Source of the DNA: an uncultured Candidatus Saccharibacteria bacterium
Lineage (GTDB): Bacteria; Patescibacteriota; Saccharimonadia; Saccharimonadales; Saccharimonadaceae
DNA: 64,000 bases
Direction: 5' to 3'
Assembly: GCA_964532185.1 (NCBI GenBank)
Contig: CAZHGO010000001.1
Coordinates: forward strand, 2,897-66,896
Program-made: the position numbers and the translations under genes
The notes under the pieces: model-generated
What the model was told of the DNA's origin: nothing
The model's database searches: none
What the model saw: the letters and a program-made list of their open reading frames with translations, nothing else
Part shown: in pieces, positions 1-9,759 of the stretch
Layout of the letters: every line of letters begins with the position of its first letter
Position numbering within the stretch: position 1 is the stretch's first letter

Positions 1-428
1 TTAGCAATTCTCCGAATTCCCCAAATATACCCCATCCAATATAGTCTACTTTTTTCCTGCACCGATTCCATTAAAACACCTAAATCCCGATAATCAAATA
101 CCAAATCATCCAAATCAAACAATACTTTTATCCCACATTTTTTCATCTTCCTAATCATCCTAATCAACCCGTATTTCTTACCAGTCTGCCGGACTATTAC
201 CACAATCTTCACTTTCTCAAGATATTTTTCTATCATTTTTAGTTCGTGGGTCAAAAATCCCACTACTACCCATTTTTTGCTACCTCTAATAGCCGCTTCA
301 ATATTGCTATATCGATAACGATATTGATTATTATTTTCGTTCTCAAAAACATAAACTACCACCGCTTTATGTTGCTTAATGCCATCGCTCAACAACAAAG
401 TTCTAGCCTTTAAATCCAGCATTTTCAT
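1..428 (-). CDS. Glycosyltransferase-like protein, 5' part only (runs off the left edge; not in ORF track)
   Basis: ATG at 428 opens MKMLDLKARTLLLSDG...YRYRYSNI...KVLFDLDDLVFDY... with no stop before position 1. The FDLDDLVFD motif is typical of GT-like glycan enzymes. TGT-TATAAT lies 9 nt upstream. Confidence 0.7.
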   Translation of the reverse strand, partial: MKMLDLKARTLLLSDGIKQHKAVVVYVFENENNNQYRYRYSNIEAAIRGSKKWVVVGFLTHELKMIEKYLEKVKIVVIVRQTGKKYGLIRMIRKMKKCGIKVLFDLDDLVFDYRDLGVLMESVQEKSRLYWMGYIWGIRRIA

Positions 429-450
429 ATACTATCTATTATAACAAACG

Positions 451-2769
451 TTAGATTTTTTTCATATCAGACACTTTATATTTTTTGATATCCTTTTGTA
501 TTCTATCACTCATCTCCGTCAGTGCCCTTACGTCCATATTATTATAATTAATTTCCAAAAAATCATCTATCTCATTTGGGAAATAGTCCTTCATTGCATC
601 TTTCAAAATATTATAATTCACATCTAGCACAAACATTTTTCTCAGTTTACTATCTAAGCCCTTAAATGATTCAATCATGTACTTATCAGCTTTAATTTTT
701 TTATCCTTCCAATCGCTAGAATTATAAGTTAAGTACGCCGTATTCTCTCCGTGTTGTCTATAAAGTACCAATTGTTCATCAATATAGACCATCCCTCTTC
801 CATTCAATATTGCATTATAAAGCAACCACAAATCATGATATATTATCTGTTTTGGTATATCCGAAAACTTCTTCACAAACTCTGCATTCATCAAAGTTGT
901 GCAACCAAGCATGGTATTTTCCACAATATTATCATGCACCCAATATTTTGTAGTTTTATCAACCTCGTAGGCCTCGTGCATATATTTCTTTGGATGATAA
1001 TTGTCTTTTTCATCAATCACACATACTCCCGATTGGATAATATCAAATCCATCAATCTTTTCTACTAATCTAGTTATTTTATTAGGTTCCCATATGTCGT
1101 CTTGATCAGATAATGCAATGTATTTTCCTTTACAATGTTTGATTGCATTCACAAAATTCCCTAGTAGCCCATGATCATTATTATGAAAAACTTTAATCTT
1201 ATTTTTAAATTTTTTCAACACTTTTAGCGTATCGTCTTTTGAGCCATCATCAGAGACTATGATCTCTATATTTGGATAGTCCTGCTTCAAAATACTCTTG
1301 ATTTGTTTCTCGATATATTTTCCGCCATTATACGAAGCCAAAGCTACCGATACCAAAGGTTTTTCCTTTAACCTATTTTTACGCCCATCTATTACGTCGG
1401 TAAACGGAAGTGTATAATTACCCAAATAAAACTGTCGGATATTCTCCACATATTCATCGTCATCATAAAGTTTAGCATCTATCTGACGGCATTTATTTAC
1501 TACTTCATCAAAGGCATCCGCATCACTGTACTTTTTCATTAGCTTTGTAATTTCTTCGTACATTTGAGAATAATCTTCAAATATATTTGGCATTCCATCA
1601 TAACTATCATCAAAGAAATTCAAATTATAAACCGAAAAAGCCATCGCCCCACTTCTAATACTTTCCGAAAAATATCCATCCAGTCCTTCTCCAAAAGTAA
1701 TCATCCACTTTGCCTTACTAATTGTTTCTAGATACTCTGGATATGTCATATTCCTGATTTCTTTAGTTTTTAACGTAGGAAAATCTGCTTTAATTTTATC
1801 CAAAATTCTTTCCTTCATTGGATGTATATCAGGCGAATATACCAATAAATCCTCCTTTTTGTCAAAAGGCACGTATTTATATTTTGTAAAATTACTAGTC
1901 GAAAACAAATGCACATCTATATCGTAAGAAGTCCTCAGCTGCGGTACGCAATATCTTTTATGTGCACAAGTCATAGTCACTTTACTAGACATTTCTTTCA
2001 AATAATTAACCTCTCTAGGCCTTGGCAAAAATTCCACATTTTGATTCAAAATATTAATCTGAACATTCTCCACGCTCTCTATCCATAATTGCTGCTCGGG
2101 CGTCACAAAATACAAAAAAGGATATACATATATCTCGGGAATATGCAGTATCAAATTCTTTACATTTTTAAAATAACTCATTAGCTGATCAAACCGATAA
2201 ATATGAAAATCCGAATCGAACTTTGTATATTCATAAAAAGTTTTTGGATTTGGCATCGTACAAATTATAACTTCACTATTATGGATATTTTTTAATGATT
2301 TTGTTACCTTAGCAATCGAATTAATAGACATCACCCCACCGCTAACTGTGTTTTTTTCCGGCACCAAAAAGACTATCAAATTTTCTGTCTTATTGTCATA
2401 TTCTTTTGCAATCGATTCATCTTGTTGCTTTTTTATTTCTTTAAGTTGTTCTTTTTCTCTCTCGCCTACATAAATTTCTTCTGTAAAAACTTCTTCATAG
2501 CAACCATATTTCTCGTAATGGATTATTGGATTTGCCTTAACATATCTCACATCGTCGTAAATCAATTCGTATTTTATTCTAGAAAAATCTGGCGATGGGT
2601 TATAGCCAGCTTTTGCGCCATGCAACAAATAATGTTTAACCGCATCACCTCTCACATTATAATTCTTTTTATACCAATCTGCATCAAAAAATCGCGATTT
2701 CTTAATCAACATATAATCATTACTTTTTCTTCTAAGTTTTTCTATCAGCATCCTAAACCTCACTTTCAA
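451..2769 (-). CDS. Multidomain glycosyltransferase with C-terminal GT2 domain and N-terminal FFDADWY/HYLLHG repeat module
   Basis: VSVALASYNGGKYIEKQIKSIL, VSDDGSKD and YIALSDQDDIW are GT2 (GT-A) motifs. Confidence 0.85.
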   Translation of the reverse strand: MKVRFRMLIEKLRRKSNDYMLIKKSRFFDADWYKKNYNVRGDAVKHYLLHGAKAGYNPSPDFSRIKYELIYDDVRYVKANPIIHYEKYGCYEEVFTEEIYVGEREKEQLKEIKKQQDESIAKEYDNKTENLIVFLVPEKNTVSGGVMSINSIAKVTKSLKNIHNSEVIICTMPNPKTFYEYTKFDSDFHIYRFDQLMSYFKNVKNLILHIPEIYVYPFLYFVTPEQQLWIESVENVQINILNQNVEFLPRPREVNYLKEMSSKVTMTCAHKRYCVPQLRTSYDIDVHLFSTSNFTKYKYVPFDKKEDLLVYSPDIHPMKERILDKIKADFPTLKTKEIRNMTYPEYLETISKAKWMITFGEGLDGYFSESIRSGAMAFSVYNLNFFDDSYDGMPNIFEDYSQMYEEITKLMKKYSDADAFDEVVNKCRQIDAKLYDDDEYVENIRQFYLGNYTLPFTDVIDGRKNRLKEKPLVSVALASYNGGKYIEKQIKSILKQDYPNIEIIVSDDGSKDDTLKVLKKFKNKIKVFHNNDHGLLGNFVNAIKHCKGKYIALSDQDDIWEPNKITRLVEKIDGFDIIQSGVCVIDEKDNYHPKKYMHEAYEVDKTTKYWVHDNIVENTMLGCTTLMNAEFVKKFSDIPKQIIYHDLWLLYNAILNGRGMVYIDEQLVLYRQHGENTAYLTYNSSDWKDKKIKADKYMIESFKGLDSKLRKMFVLDVNYNILKDAMKDYFPNEIDDFLEINYNNMDVRALTEMSDRIQKDIKKYKVSDMKKI

Positions 2770-4045
2770 TTAATAGACTTTCAATCGCATCAACATCAAA
2801 AACTGGAATTTTCTTCTTCTCAAAAACATCTTTTCGGTCTGGGAAATAATTATCTACAAAAATCGCTTTTTCATGTTTTATATAATCAGACTTTAATTCA
2901 TCCTCACCAATATGTATAATTTCATCAAACAGCTTCGGACTAATCTTATAGTTATCCAAATCGTTATAGATATCCGTACTATGTTTAGTCAAAAGAGCTA
3001 CCTTGATTCCCAAATTAACACACTGATAAATCAATCTAACCGCCATCGTATTTATTTTGCCATCGACAATTATTGTGTCATCAAAATCAATATAAATCCA
3101 GTCATACTTTAAATCTATTTTGTAAAAACTCTTATACTGCCTATCAAGCTCTATACCACAATCGTTACAAATTACATCTACATCATAACCCATAAAATCA
3201 AACAAAGTTAAGCAGGGGAAATTCACGCCTAATTCCCTATACAAGCTCATCGTGCCTGCGCATCTTACAGAAATCTCCATCAGCTTATACTCACCATGTT
3301 TATCTTTTTTCAACTGAAAAAACCACAAACCCCTAAACTCCAATCTCTTATTTAGATCTTCTGCTATTTGTTTAATCTTATCATCTAGTTTCACTCGTCT
3401 CGACCTAAAAGAAATGCCTGTCGTGATTCTCTCTCTAGTTCTCGGCCCCACAAACAAAAGCTCACCTTTTTTGTTAGTAAAACAATCTACCGTATACTCG
3501 TCCCCTGGCAAATATTCCGAAATCAAATATCCATCAAGATTTTTTATCTTTGACAATTCTTCCTTATCTTCTATTAGCTTTGCTCCTTTACCACCAGCAC
3601 CATGGTTAGGCTTAATAAAGACCGGGAATTCCACATCATCCATATTAGTATAAACATTCGGCAGATAAAACGCTCCTGCCAATTTGTTAAACGTATCAAT
3701 CTTTCCAAAAGCAATTCTACAAGTTTCTACGGGCGAGGCCACTATCGTTGCATGTATTTTATCTTGATTTTCTACCAAAAACAAAATTATTTCATCGTGT
3801 GTAGGTATAATATATTCAATCTCTTTCTTATCCAAATATTCGTTTAAAAGGTCAAAAAACTTAGGAGAATTTATATTATAATCCCCTATATTAAGATGAT
3901 CCTTATCCAAAATATACTCAGAATGATCTCTCTTACTAGTTGCTCCAAATACTTCAAAATGAAGATTGTATTTAAGCGCGTCAATTACGCTCAAAGCATT
4001 TTCAGCGCCAGATGGAAATATCAACACTCTAGTTTTTTTCATCAA
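2753..4045 (-). CDS. ATP-grasp protein with C-terminal HAD-like domain
   Basis: FPVFIKPNHGAGGKG, ISEYLPGDEYTVD and LMEISVR are ATP-grasp motifs; YIDFDDTI is a HAD motif I. Confidence 0.8.
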   Translation of the reverse strand: MMKKTRVLIFPSGAENALSVIDALKYNLHFEVFGATSKRDHSEYILDKDHLNIGDYNINSPKFFDLLNEYLDKKEIEYIIPTHDEIILFLVENQDKIHATIVASPVETCRIAFGKIDTFNKLAGAFYLPNVYTNMDDVEFPVFIKPNHGAGGKGAKLIEDKEELSKIKNLDGYLISEYLPGDEYTVDCFTNKKGELLFVGPRTRERITTGISFRSRRVKLDDKIKQIAEDLNKRLEFRGLWFFQLKKDKHGEYKLMEISVRCAGTMSLYRELGVNFPCLTLFDFMGYDVDVICNDCGIELDRQYKSFYKIDLKYDWIYIDFDDTIIVDGKINTMAVRLIYQCVNLGIKVALLTKHSTDIYNDLDNYKISPKLFDEIIHIGEDELKSDYIKHEKAIFVDNYFPDRKDVFEKKKIPVFDVDAIESLLIESEV

Positions 4046-4991
4046 TTTGACTCCTTATTATTTTACAAATATAGTCCATGTCTTCCTTGTCATAGCGCTG
4101 GTCAATTGGAATTGGCATGATGTTCCTCGCTAATTTACATTCTAATTCATTTTGCTCGTTTTCAAGTACATTTGGCCACAGAATTGGCACAAAAACTTTC
4201 TGGTCAATCAATGCCGCCCTTATTTTTTCCGCATTATCATTTAACAAAGGATACATAAAATCCATTTGCCCCACATTTAAATCGAGCTCGTTGTATTCTC
4301 TAAGCTGGTCATGCAAATATTCAATATTTTCTTTTCTACGTTCTCGCACCAAATCGTAATTAATTGCACCCATTATATTTTCTGTAAAATCAGACATCTG
4401 TGCTACATTTTCATGATAAAAAGTTTCCTCGGCTTTTTTAAAATCCACATAGTATTCGGAAGCTGTACCCTCTAGTCGGCCAACCAAATGCTTTATTCTA
4501 TTTCCAGATTTACCTTTTTTAATCTTTTTGCTATCATAATCCAAATCTGTTGCTAAATACGCACCATCCGGCACTCCAAAATATTTTCTACAACTATAGA
4601 TTGTATCAACTCCTGGCAAGCTATTCATAAAGAAAGCGTGCGTATTATCAACTATTATATTTTTATATCTCTTTTGTAATGTTTTTAGCACATTTTCATT
4701 CAACATGCCGTAATAGTTCACTATGCATAAATATTCATCTTCAGCTAATTCTTGATCAAAAATTGGCAAAAAATCCGCACCAATTCGAAAATATTCCACT
4801 TTCACATTATCTTCATCACATGCCACGCTAAACGCGTCGCACAAGAAATAAGGCAAATAAATTTTCCTTATTTTCCGTTCTCTCATTATAAATCTCAAAC
4901 AATTTCTTGCCGAATTTAATTTCACACAATTATCGTGCCATTCATTGTGAATTAACTTTTCAAATTCAAAATACCCTCCAATTTCCTTCAT
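4029..4991 (-). CDS. DegT/DnrJ/EryC1/StrS-like PLP-dependent protein (short form)
   Basis: IIVDNTHAF, YSCRKYFGVPDGAYL and PIPIDQRY. Confidence 0.7.
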   Translation of the reverse strand: MKEIGGYFEFEKLIHNEWHDNCVKLNSARNCLRFIMRERKIRKIYLPYFLCDAFSVACDEDNVKVEYFRIGADFLPIFDQELAEDEYLCIVNYYGMLNENVLKTLQKRYKNIIVDNTHAFFMNSLPGVDTIYSCRKYFGVPDGAYLATDLDYDSKKIKKGKSGNRIKHLVGRLEGTASEYYVDFKKAEETFYHENVAQMSDFTENIMGAINYDLVRERRKENIEYLHDQLREYNELDLNVGQMDFMYPLLNDNAEKIRAALIDQKVFVPILWPNVLENEQNELECKLARNIMPIPIDQRYDKEDMDYICKIIRSQIDEKN

Positions 4992-4992
4992 T

Positions 4993-6231
4993 TTATTCCT
5001 CTTCCTCCAACTCTACCCGGACATATTTATCAACATCAGCAAAAACTTCCTCCATTTTGTCTCTATCATCAAACTTCAAGACTAATGTCCCCATAGATTC
5101 ATTCGCCCCCTTGAATCCCCCTACTCTTTCCCCTTCTTTCACCCACAAATCTTTTTCAACTATATTGTCCTTTATTACGTCATCAATTTCAAGCGACTTA
5201 AAAATCCCTGGTTTTTTGCTATGCAAAATTATCTCACTCCAAAAACCATCAAAATCTTTTTGATAAATATCGTCTATTTTCATCCCTAAAGCAGCCATAA
5301 TCGACCCCCTTAACAAATCTATTCCCGTCCCCAATTCAATCATTTCGGACAATCTATTACCACCTCCCCTCGGTGAAAATTCCATAATATAAGCTTTACC
5401 ATTAATACATTGCCTAGTCTCTACATTATATACTGATGATTTTAATCCCAATAAATCCACCAAACGTTGTATTTCTTTCTTTAATAAATCAACGTTCTCA
5501 TCACTCATACTTGAAGGCCAAGAAAATGCCGCTGGCGTATACGGATTTTCTGCCACCTTATCAAACCTTTGTGAATTAAATGAATAAAATACCATCTTAC
5601 CATCAATCGAAAAACAATCACTATCCGAAGAAAAACCCTCTTGTTGCAAAAAATCTTCTACTATAAAAGCTCCATTATGTGCTGAAGCCAATGCAATTTT
5701 TATTGCATCTCTTAGCTTGTCAGGATTCTCAACTTTCACAACGCCCTTAGAGCCAGCCGAATCTGTAGGTTTCACAATTACTGGCCAATTAAAATAATCA
5801 ATATCATTAAATACTTCCTCAACGTTCTCATAACGTTTTGCATTAGGCACATTAAACCCATTTTCTTTCAAAAATTTTCTAAACAAACCTTTATCCTGCA
5901 ATATTGAAACAGATTTATATGAGCCAACTGACGGCAAACCCATTTTTTCCGCCACATAAGCCGCCGTTACCACACCAGGATCACATGCAAATGACATAAT
6001 CCCATCTATTTTTAATTCCTTAGCTTTTTCAAGTACTACGTCTTTATCCAAAATACTAATGTTACAATATTCGTCAGAAAATTTATGAGCAATGTTATCT
6101 GGCAAATAATCACAAGTAATTACATATGCACCAAGCTCATGAGCTTTCTTGATTATTGGCAAGATATATCTAGATCCACCCAGTATCATCAATTTCTTCT
6201 GGCTCATTTTTTCTCCTTTATAATCTTGCAT
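4993..6231 (-). CDS. ATP-grasp domain protein (amino-sugar amide ligase-like)
   Basis: WPVIVKPTDSAGSKGV, FIVEDFL and IMEFSPRGGG. The true start may be MSQKK (~6207). Confidence 0.8.
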   Translation of the reverse strand: MQDYKGEKMSQKKLMILGGSRYILPIIKKAHELGAYVITCDYLPDNIAHKFSDEYCNISILDKDVVLEKAKELKIDGIMSFACDPGVVTAAYVAEKMGLPSVGSYKSVSILQDKGLFRKFLKENGFNVPNAKRYENVEEVFNDIDYFNWPVIVKPTDSAGSKGVVKVENPDKLRDAIKIALASAHNGAFIVEDFLQQEGFSSDSDCFSIDGKMVFYSFNSQRFDKVAENPYTPAAFSWPSSMSDENVDLLKKEIQRLVDLLGLKSSVYNVETRQCINGKAYIMEFSPRGGGNRLSEMIELGTGIDLLRGSIMAALGMKIDDIYQKDFDGFWSEIILHSKKPGIFKSLEIDDVIKDNIVEKDLWVKEGERVGGFKGANESMGTLVLKFDDRDKMEEVFADVDKYVRVELEEEE

Positions 6232-7325
6232 ATCCTTTCGACATTTTCCCTACCAAGATCCGGATACAAAGGCAAGGTTAATATCTTATCAGAAACGTCT
6301 CTAGCAATCGGGGTATCACCAGGATAGCCCTGATAAGCTTCAAAATCGTTTGTTATTGGGTAAAAATACTTACGAGCATAAATTTTGTGACTAGCAAGCA
6401 AATCAAAAAGTTGATCCCTGGTTAGTGAAAATGGTTTTTCAACTCTAATAGGAAAATAAGCATAATTTGAATCAACCTTTTCTTGTACCGTACTCAATAC
6501 AATGCCATCTACATCCTTCAATAATTCGGTGTAAAGTTCAACGATACGTTTCCTAGCCAAAATATTTTCTTTCAAATTCTTTAGATTGCATAGCCCCATT
6601 GCCGCCTGAAATTCGCTCATTTTTGCATTCCCACCTACATATTCAATCGATTCGTAATTCGTAATTCCAAAATTCTTAAGCGCTTCGGCTTTAACTTTCA
6701 AACTCGCATCAGAAAAAGCTAACCCACCCCCCTCAATTGTATTAAACACCTTAGTAGCATGAAAAGAGAACATCGTTATATCGCCAAACTTAGCAATCGA
6801 CTTACCTTCATACTTCACACCAAAAGCATGTGCTGCATCATAAATCACTTTCAGATTGTGTTTCTTAGCGATTTCCTCAATTTTCTCAACATTACATACG
6901 TGTCCATAAACGTGCACCGGTACAATTGCTACTGTTTTTTCAGTAATCAAATCTTCTATTTTATCTACATCAATAGTATAATCATCCGGATTAATGTCAC
7001 AAAAAACTGGTGTATTACCAGTTCTCACAATTGCACTAGTAGTAGAAACAAATGTAAAGGGCGTAGTAATTATTTCGCCTTTTAAATCCAGTAGTTCCAA
7101 CGCATTTTCAAGCGCAAGATGCCCATTAGTATATAAAGAGACATTCTCTACATCAAGATATTTCGAAATCTCTTTTTCAAGTTCCTCATGCAAAGGCCCA
7201 CAATTCGTCAACCATACTCTATCCCATATCCCCTTTATAGTCTGGCAATAATCATCATAATCCGGCAACGACGACTTAGTAACTAAAATTTCTTCTGTCC
7301 CCATAAGACTATTAGTAACCTCCAC
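6204..7325 (-). CDS. DegT/DnrJ family sugar aminotransferase (VioA-like NDP-4-amino-4,6-dideoxyhexose transaminase)
   Basis: VIYDAAHAFG, FSFHATKVFNTIEGG (PLP Lys) and TLPLYPDL. Start codon uncertain. Confidence 0.85.
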   Translation of the reverse strand: MEVTNSLMGTEEILVTKSSLPDYDDYCQTIKGIWDRVWLTNCGPLHEELEKEISKYLDVENVSLYTNGHLALENALELLDLKGEIITTPFTFVSTTSAIVRTGNTPVFCDINPDDYTIDVDKIEDLITEKTVAIVPVHVYGHVCNVEKIEEIAKKHNLKVIYDAAHAFGVKYEGKSIAKFGDITMFSFHATKVFNTIEGGGLAFSDASLKVKAEALKNFGITNYESIEYVGGNAKMSEFQAAMGLCNLKNLKENILARKRIVELYTELLKDVDGIVLSTVQEKVDSNYAYFPIRVEKPFSLTRDQLFDLLASHKIYARKYFYPITNDFEAYQGYPGDTPIARDVSDKILTLPLYPDLGRENVERICKIIKEKK

Positions 7326-7394
7326 ATCTTAATAATATCTATATTATATTATACAGCTATTCACTTTTTTATCAAGCAACAACTTATAGATAAC

Positions 7395-9125
7395 TTATTT
7401 AGCCAAAACTAATATTTCTATTGCTTCCATTTGTTTAGACTGCCCAGTCGTCCCAGCCATTTCTCCATTTTTCACCCAATCCATCCAGCCGATATCTGCC
7501 ACATGCACTCTATAATAAATATCGTAGTAGTTAATTAATTCGTCACTTAGTTTAATCTCTATAGCCTCTATGCGTCTCGACTGCCCAGTCGTCCCAGCCA
7601 TTTCGTTGTTGCCTACCCAATCCATCCAGCCAATATCCGCTGCATGAACTCTATACTGGATATCCTCCTTGTTTTTGCCATCAAAGTTAATGATTATTGC
7701 TTCCATTCGTCTCGACTGCCCAGTCGTCCCAGCCATTCTATTATCTTGCACCCAATCCATCCAGCCAATATCTGCCACATGCGCCTTAAAATTAAGTCCT
7801 GTCTCTTTTTTCACAATTTTTATTTGTATTGCTTCCATTTGTTTAGACTGCCCAGTCGTCCCAGCCATTTCTCCATTTTTCACCCAATCCATCCAGCCGA
7901 TATCTGCCACATGCACTCTATAATAAATATCGTAGTTCTTGGAAAGTTGCTCATTTAGTTTTATTTGCACTGCTTCAATCCTGAGATTGCGACCAATCGT
8001 TCCGCTCACCTCACCATCTTTCTTAAATTCGCTTTCCCACCCAATATCCTGTATATGAGAGCGGTATTCAATTCCCTTTGTATCTTCCAATGCAATAGAC
8101 AAAGCCTCCATTCTCAAACCATACCCAGTTGTACCAGTCATTTCCCCACCATTAACTGGAGGATCCATCCAGCCCAGTTCTGCCACATTCACATTATATT
8201 TAAAACTCAGTTCATTCCTTTCAGCCGCAACCTTTGGCATATTCGCCCGCACCCCTTCAATAGTTAATGCCGGTTTTTCATCAGTTATTCCACCAAACCA
8301 ATCCTGAAAATACGCAAAGAAGTTTCTATTTCCGTATGCCCCACAATACGCTGTACCATAGCCAGCTGCCAAGGCTCCTGCATTCGGTTGATATGGAGTA
8401 TATCTATATAATGCCGACGTTGCTAAATTCTGTATATACACCATCGAACTTCCACAATCTGGATTTGGACTATACCGTATATTATTATAGCCAATCGGAT
8501 AATACGAAGAATTTCCATCCATCACCACCCTAAATAGATATGCCGCATTTCTAATTTGATTCTTAAACCCATAATATTTTTCTGAACAAGCCGCTGTGTC
8601 TGGGCATCCATAACCAGCCGTTCTTTGATAATCCCAGCTATTCGGAATCGGATCAGTAATCAGACCTGTTTCTTTTTGAATTAACACCAACAAAACTTTT
8701 GGATTGATCCGATAATCTTGTGCAGCTTGCCAAATCACATGCGCAGCCGACTCTCCATTTACATTTTCCTCTGCTAAGCACACCGTATGGCCATTCCTCA
8801 CATGCCAAGTAGTTGGTGGAGTATAATCAGAAAAATAGTCAACCCTTGTCCCCACTCCGTTAAAATTAGTATTATAACATCTACCTTTTGCCCACAAAAA
8901 ATTTTGGATATCCATTTCGCTCATAGAATCGTACTGCGTCATCTGATAATCCGAAATAATATACCCAGCATTAAAATTAGCCAGATTCGCCGCACTAGTG
9001 CTATCTTCAATTTTCCCAAATCTCTGTGCCAAAAACACAAACAAAAACACCGCCACAAAAACACCTAACCCAAAAATTACCAAATTACGATAATTCCTTC
9101 TTCTTATATTTTTTGTTTTTATCAT
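7395..9125 (-). CDS. Membrane-anchored putative lysozyme-like ('hemagglutinin'-type) domain protein with C-terminal ChW (clostridial hydrophobic W) repeats
   Basis: N-terminal TM; INPKVLLVLIQKETGLI, GYGCPD and ATSALYRYTP; about six repeats of YRVHVADIGWMDWV..G.MAGTTGQS..MEAI. Confidence 0.75.
   Translation of the reverse strand: MIKTKNIRRRNYRNLVIFGLGVFVAVFLFVFLAQRFGKIEDSTSAANLANFNAGYIISDYQMTQYDSMSEMDIQNFLWAKGRCYNTNFNGVGTRVDYFSDYTPPTTWHVRNGHTVCLAEENVNGESAAHVIWQAAQDYRINPKVLLVLIQKETGLITDPIPNSWDYQRTAGYGCPDTAACSEKYYGFKNQIRNAAYLFRVVMDGNSSYYPIGYNNIRYSPNPDCGSSMVYIQNLATSALYRYTPYQPNAGALAAGYGTAYCGAYGNRNFFAYFQDWFGGITDEKPALTIEGVRANMPKVAAERNELSFKYNVNVAELGWMDPPVNGGEMTGTTGYGLRMEALSIALEDTKGIEYRSHIQDIGWESEFKKDGEVSGTIGRNLRIEAVQIKLNEQLSKNYDIYYRVHVADIGWMDWVKNGEMAGTTGQSKQMEAIQIKIVKKETGLNFKAHVADIGWMDWVQDNRMAGTTGQSRRMEAIIINFDGKNKEDIQYRVHAADIGWMDWVGNNEMAGTTGQSRRIEAIEIKLSDELINYYDIYYRVHVADIGWMDWVKNGEMAGTTGQSKQMEAIEILVLAK
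7419..7936. repeat. ChW-coding DNA repeats, including a perfect 110-bp direct repeat (7419-7528 = 7827-7936) with two more diverged copies between them
   Basis: tattgcttccatttgtttagactgcccagtcgtcccagccatttctccatttttcacccaatcc...atcgtagt occurs twice, offset 408 nt. Confidence 0.9.
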
Positions 9126-9682
9126 ATCTTCACCCTACCTTCTATCTTACCAGATTTTCCTTCAGATTCCAAATTAATTTCTACTTGCAAATTACCACTC
9201 ACAAGTTCACTCACTGGAATCTTAAAACCATCACACGTAGAGGTCGTCACAGATTCTATAATCCCCACCGAACCAGTATAATACGTTATGCCATTTCTGC
9301 TCATGACAATATTGCAAGTTCCTGTCTGCAAAAACTGATCAATATTCACCCTGATTGTCAATTCTTCATCCGCTACATTAGCATAAGTAATCATGCCGGT
9401 AAGAGTTTCTGACTTATTTGGACTTTCACCGTCATACTGTGGAACTTTCTCTTCTGGTTTTTCTTCTTCCGTTTTGTTTTCTTCTATTCTATCACTATTA
9501 GAGTTTGCTTCTGGTTCTTTATCCTCCGGCCTATTCGCGTTTTCAGACTGCTGCGGATTATCCCCCGATTTTTCATTAAAATAATTATTCTTTACCAAAA
9601 TTACTACTACTATGGCAGCAACAACTAGCACCAAAAATGACAACCATTTTACCCATCTAAAATCTCTCTTTCTTTTTGGCAT
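9122..9682 (-). CDS. Membrane-anchored hypothetical protein
   Basis: N-terminal TM, acidic linker and beta-rich C-terminus with a Cys pair; its stop overlaps the start of the ChW gene (ATGA). Confidence 0.7.
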   Translation of the reverse strand: MPKRKRDFRWVKWLSFLVLVVAAIVVVILVKNNYFNEKSGDNPQQSENANRPEDKEPEANSNSDRIEENKTEEEKPEEKVPQYDGESPNKSETLTGMITYANVADEELTIRVNIDQFLQTGTCNIVMSRNGITYYTGSVGIIESVTTSTCDGFKIPVSELVSGNLQVEINLESEGKSGKIEGRVKI

Positions 9683-9759
9683 CTATAATGCTCCTACCTA
9701 CAATTATACCTTATCTACCCATATTTTCAACCATTAGTAAAATATGCTAAAATATATTT

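Noticed and set aside
7419-8170. CRISPR-like repeat array
   Set aside because: The repeats are in-frame ChW coding repeats without unique spacers, and no cas genes are present.
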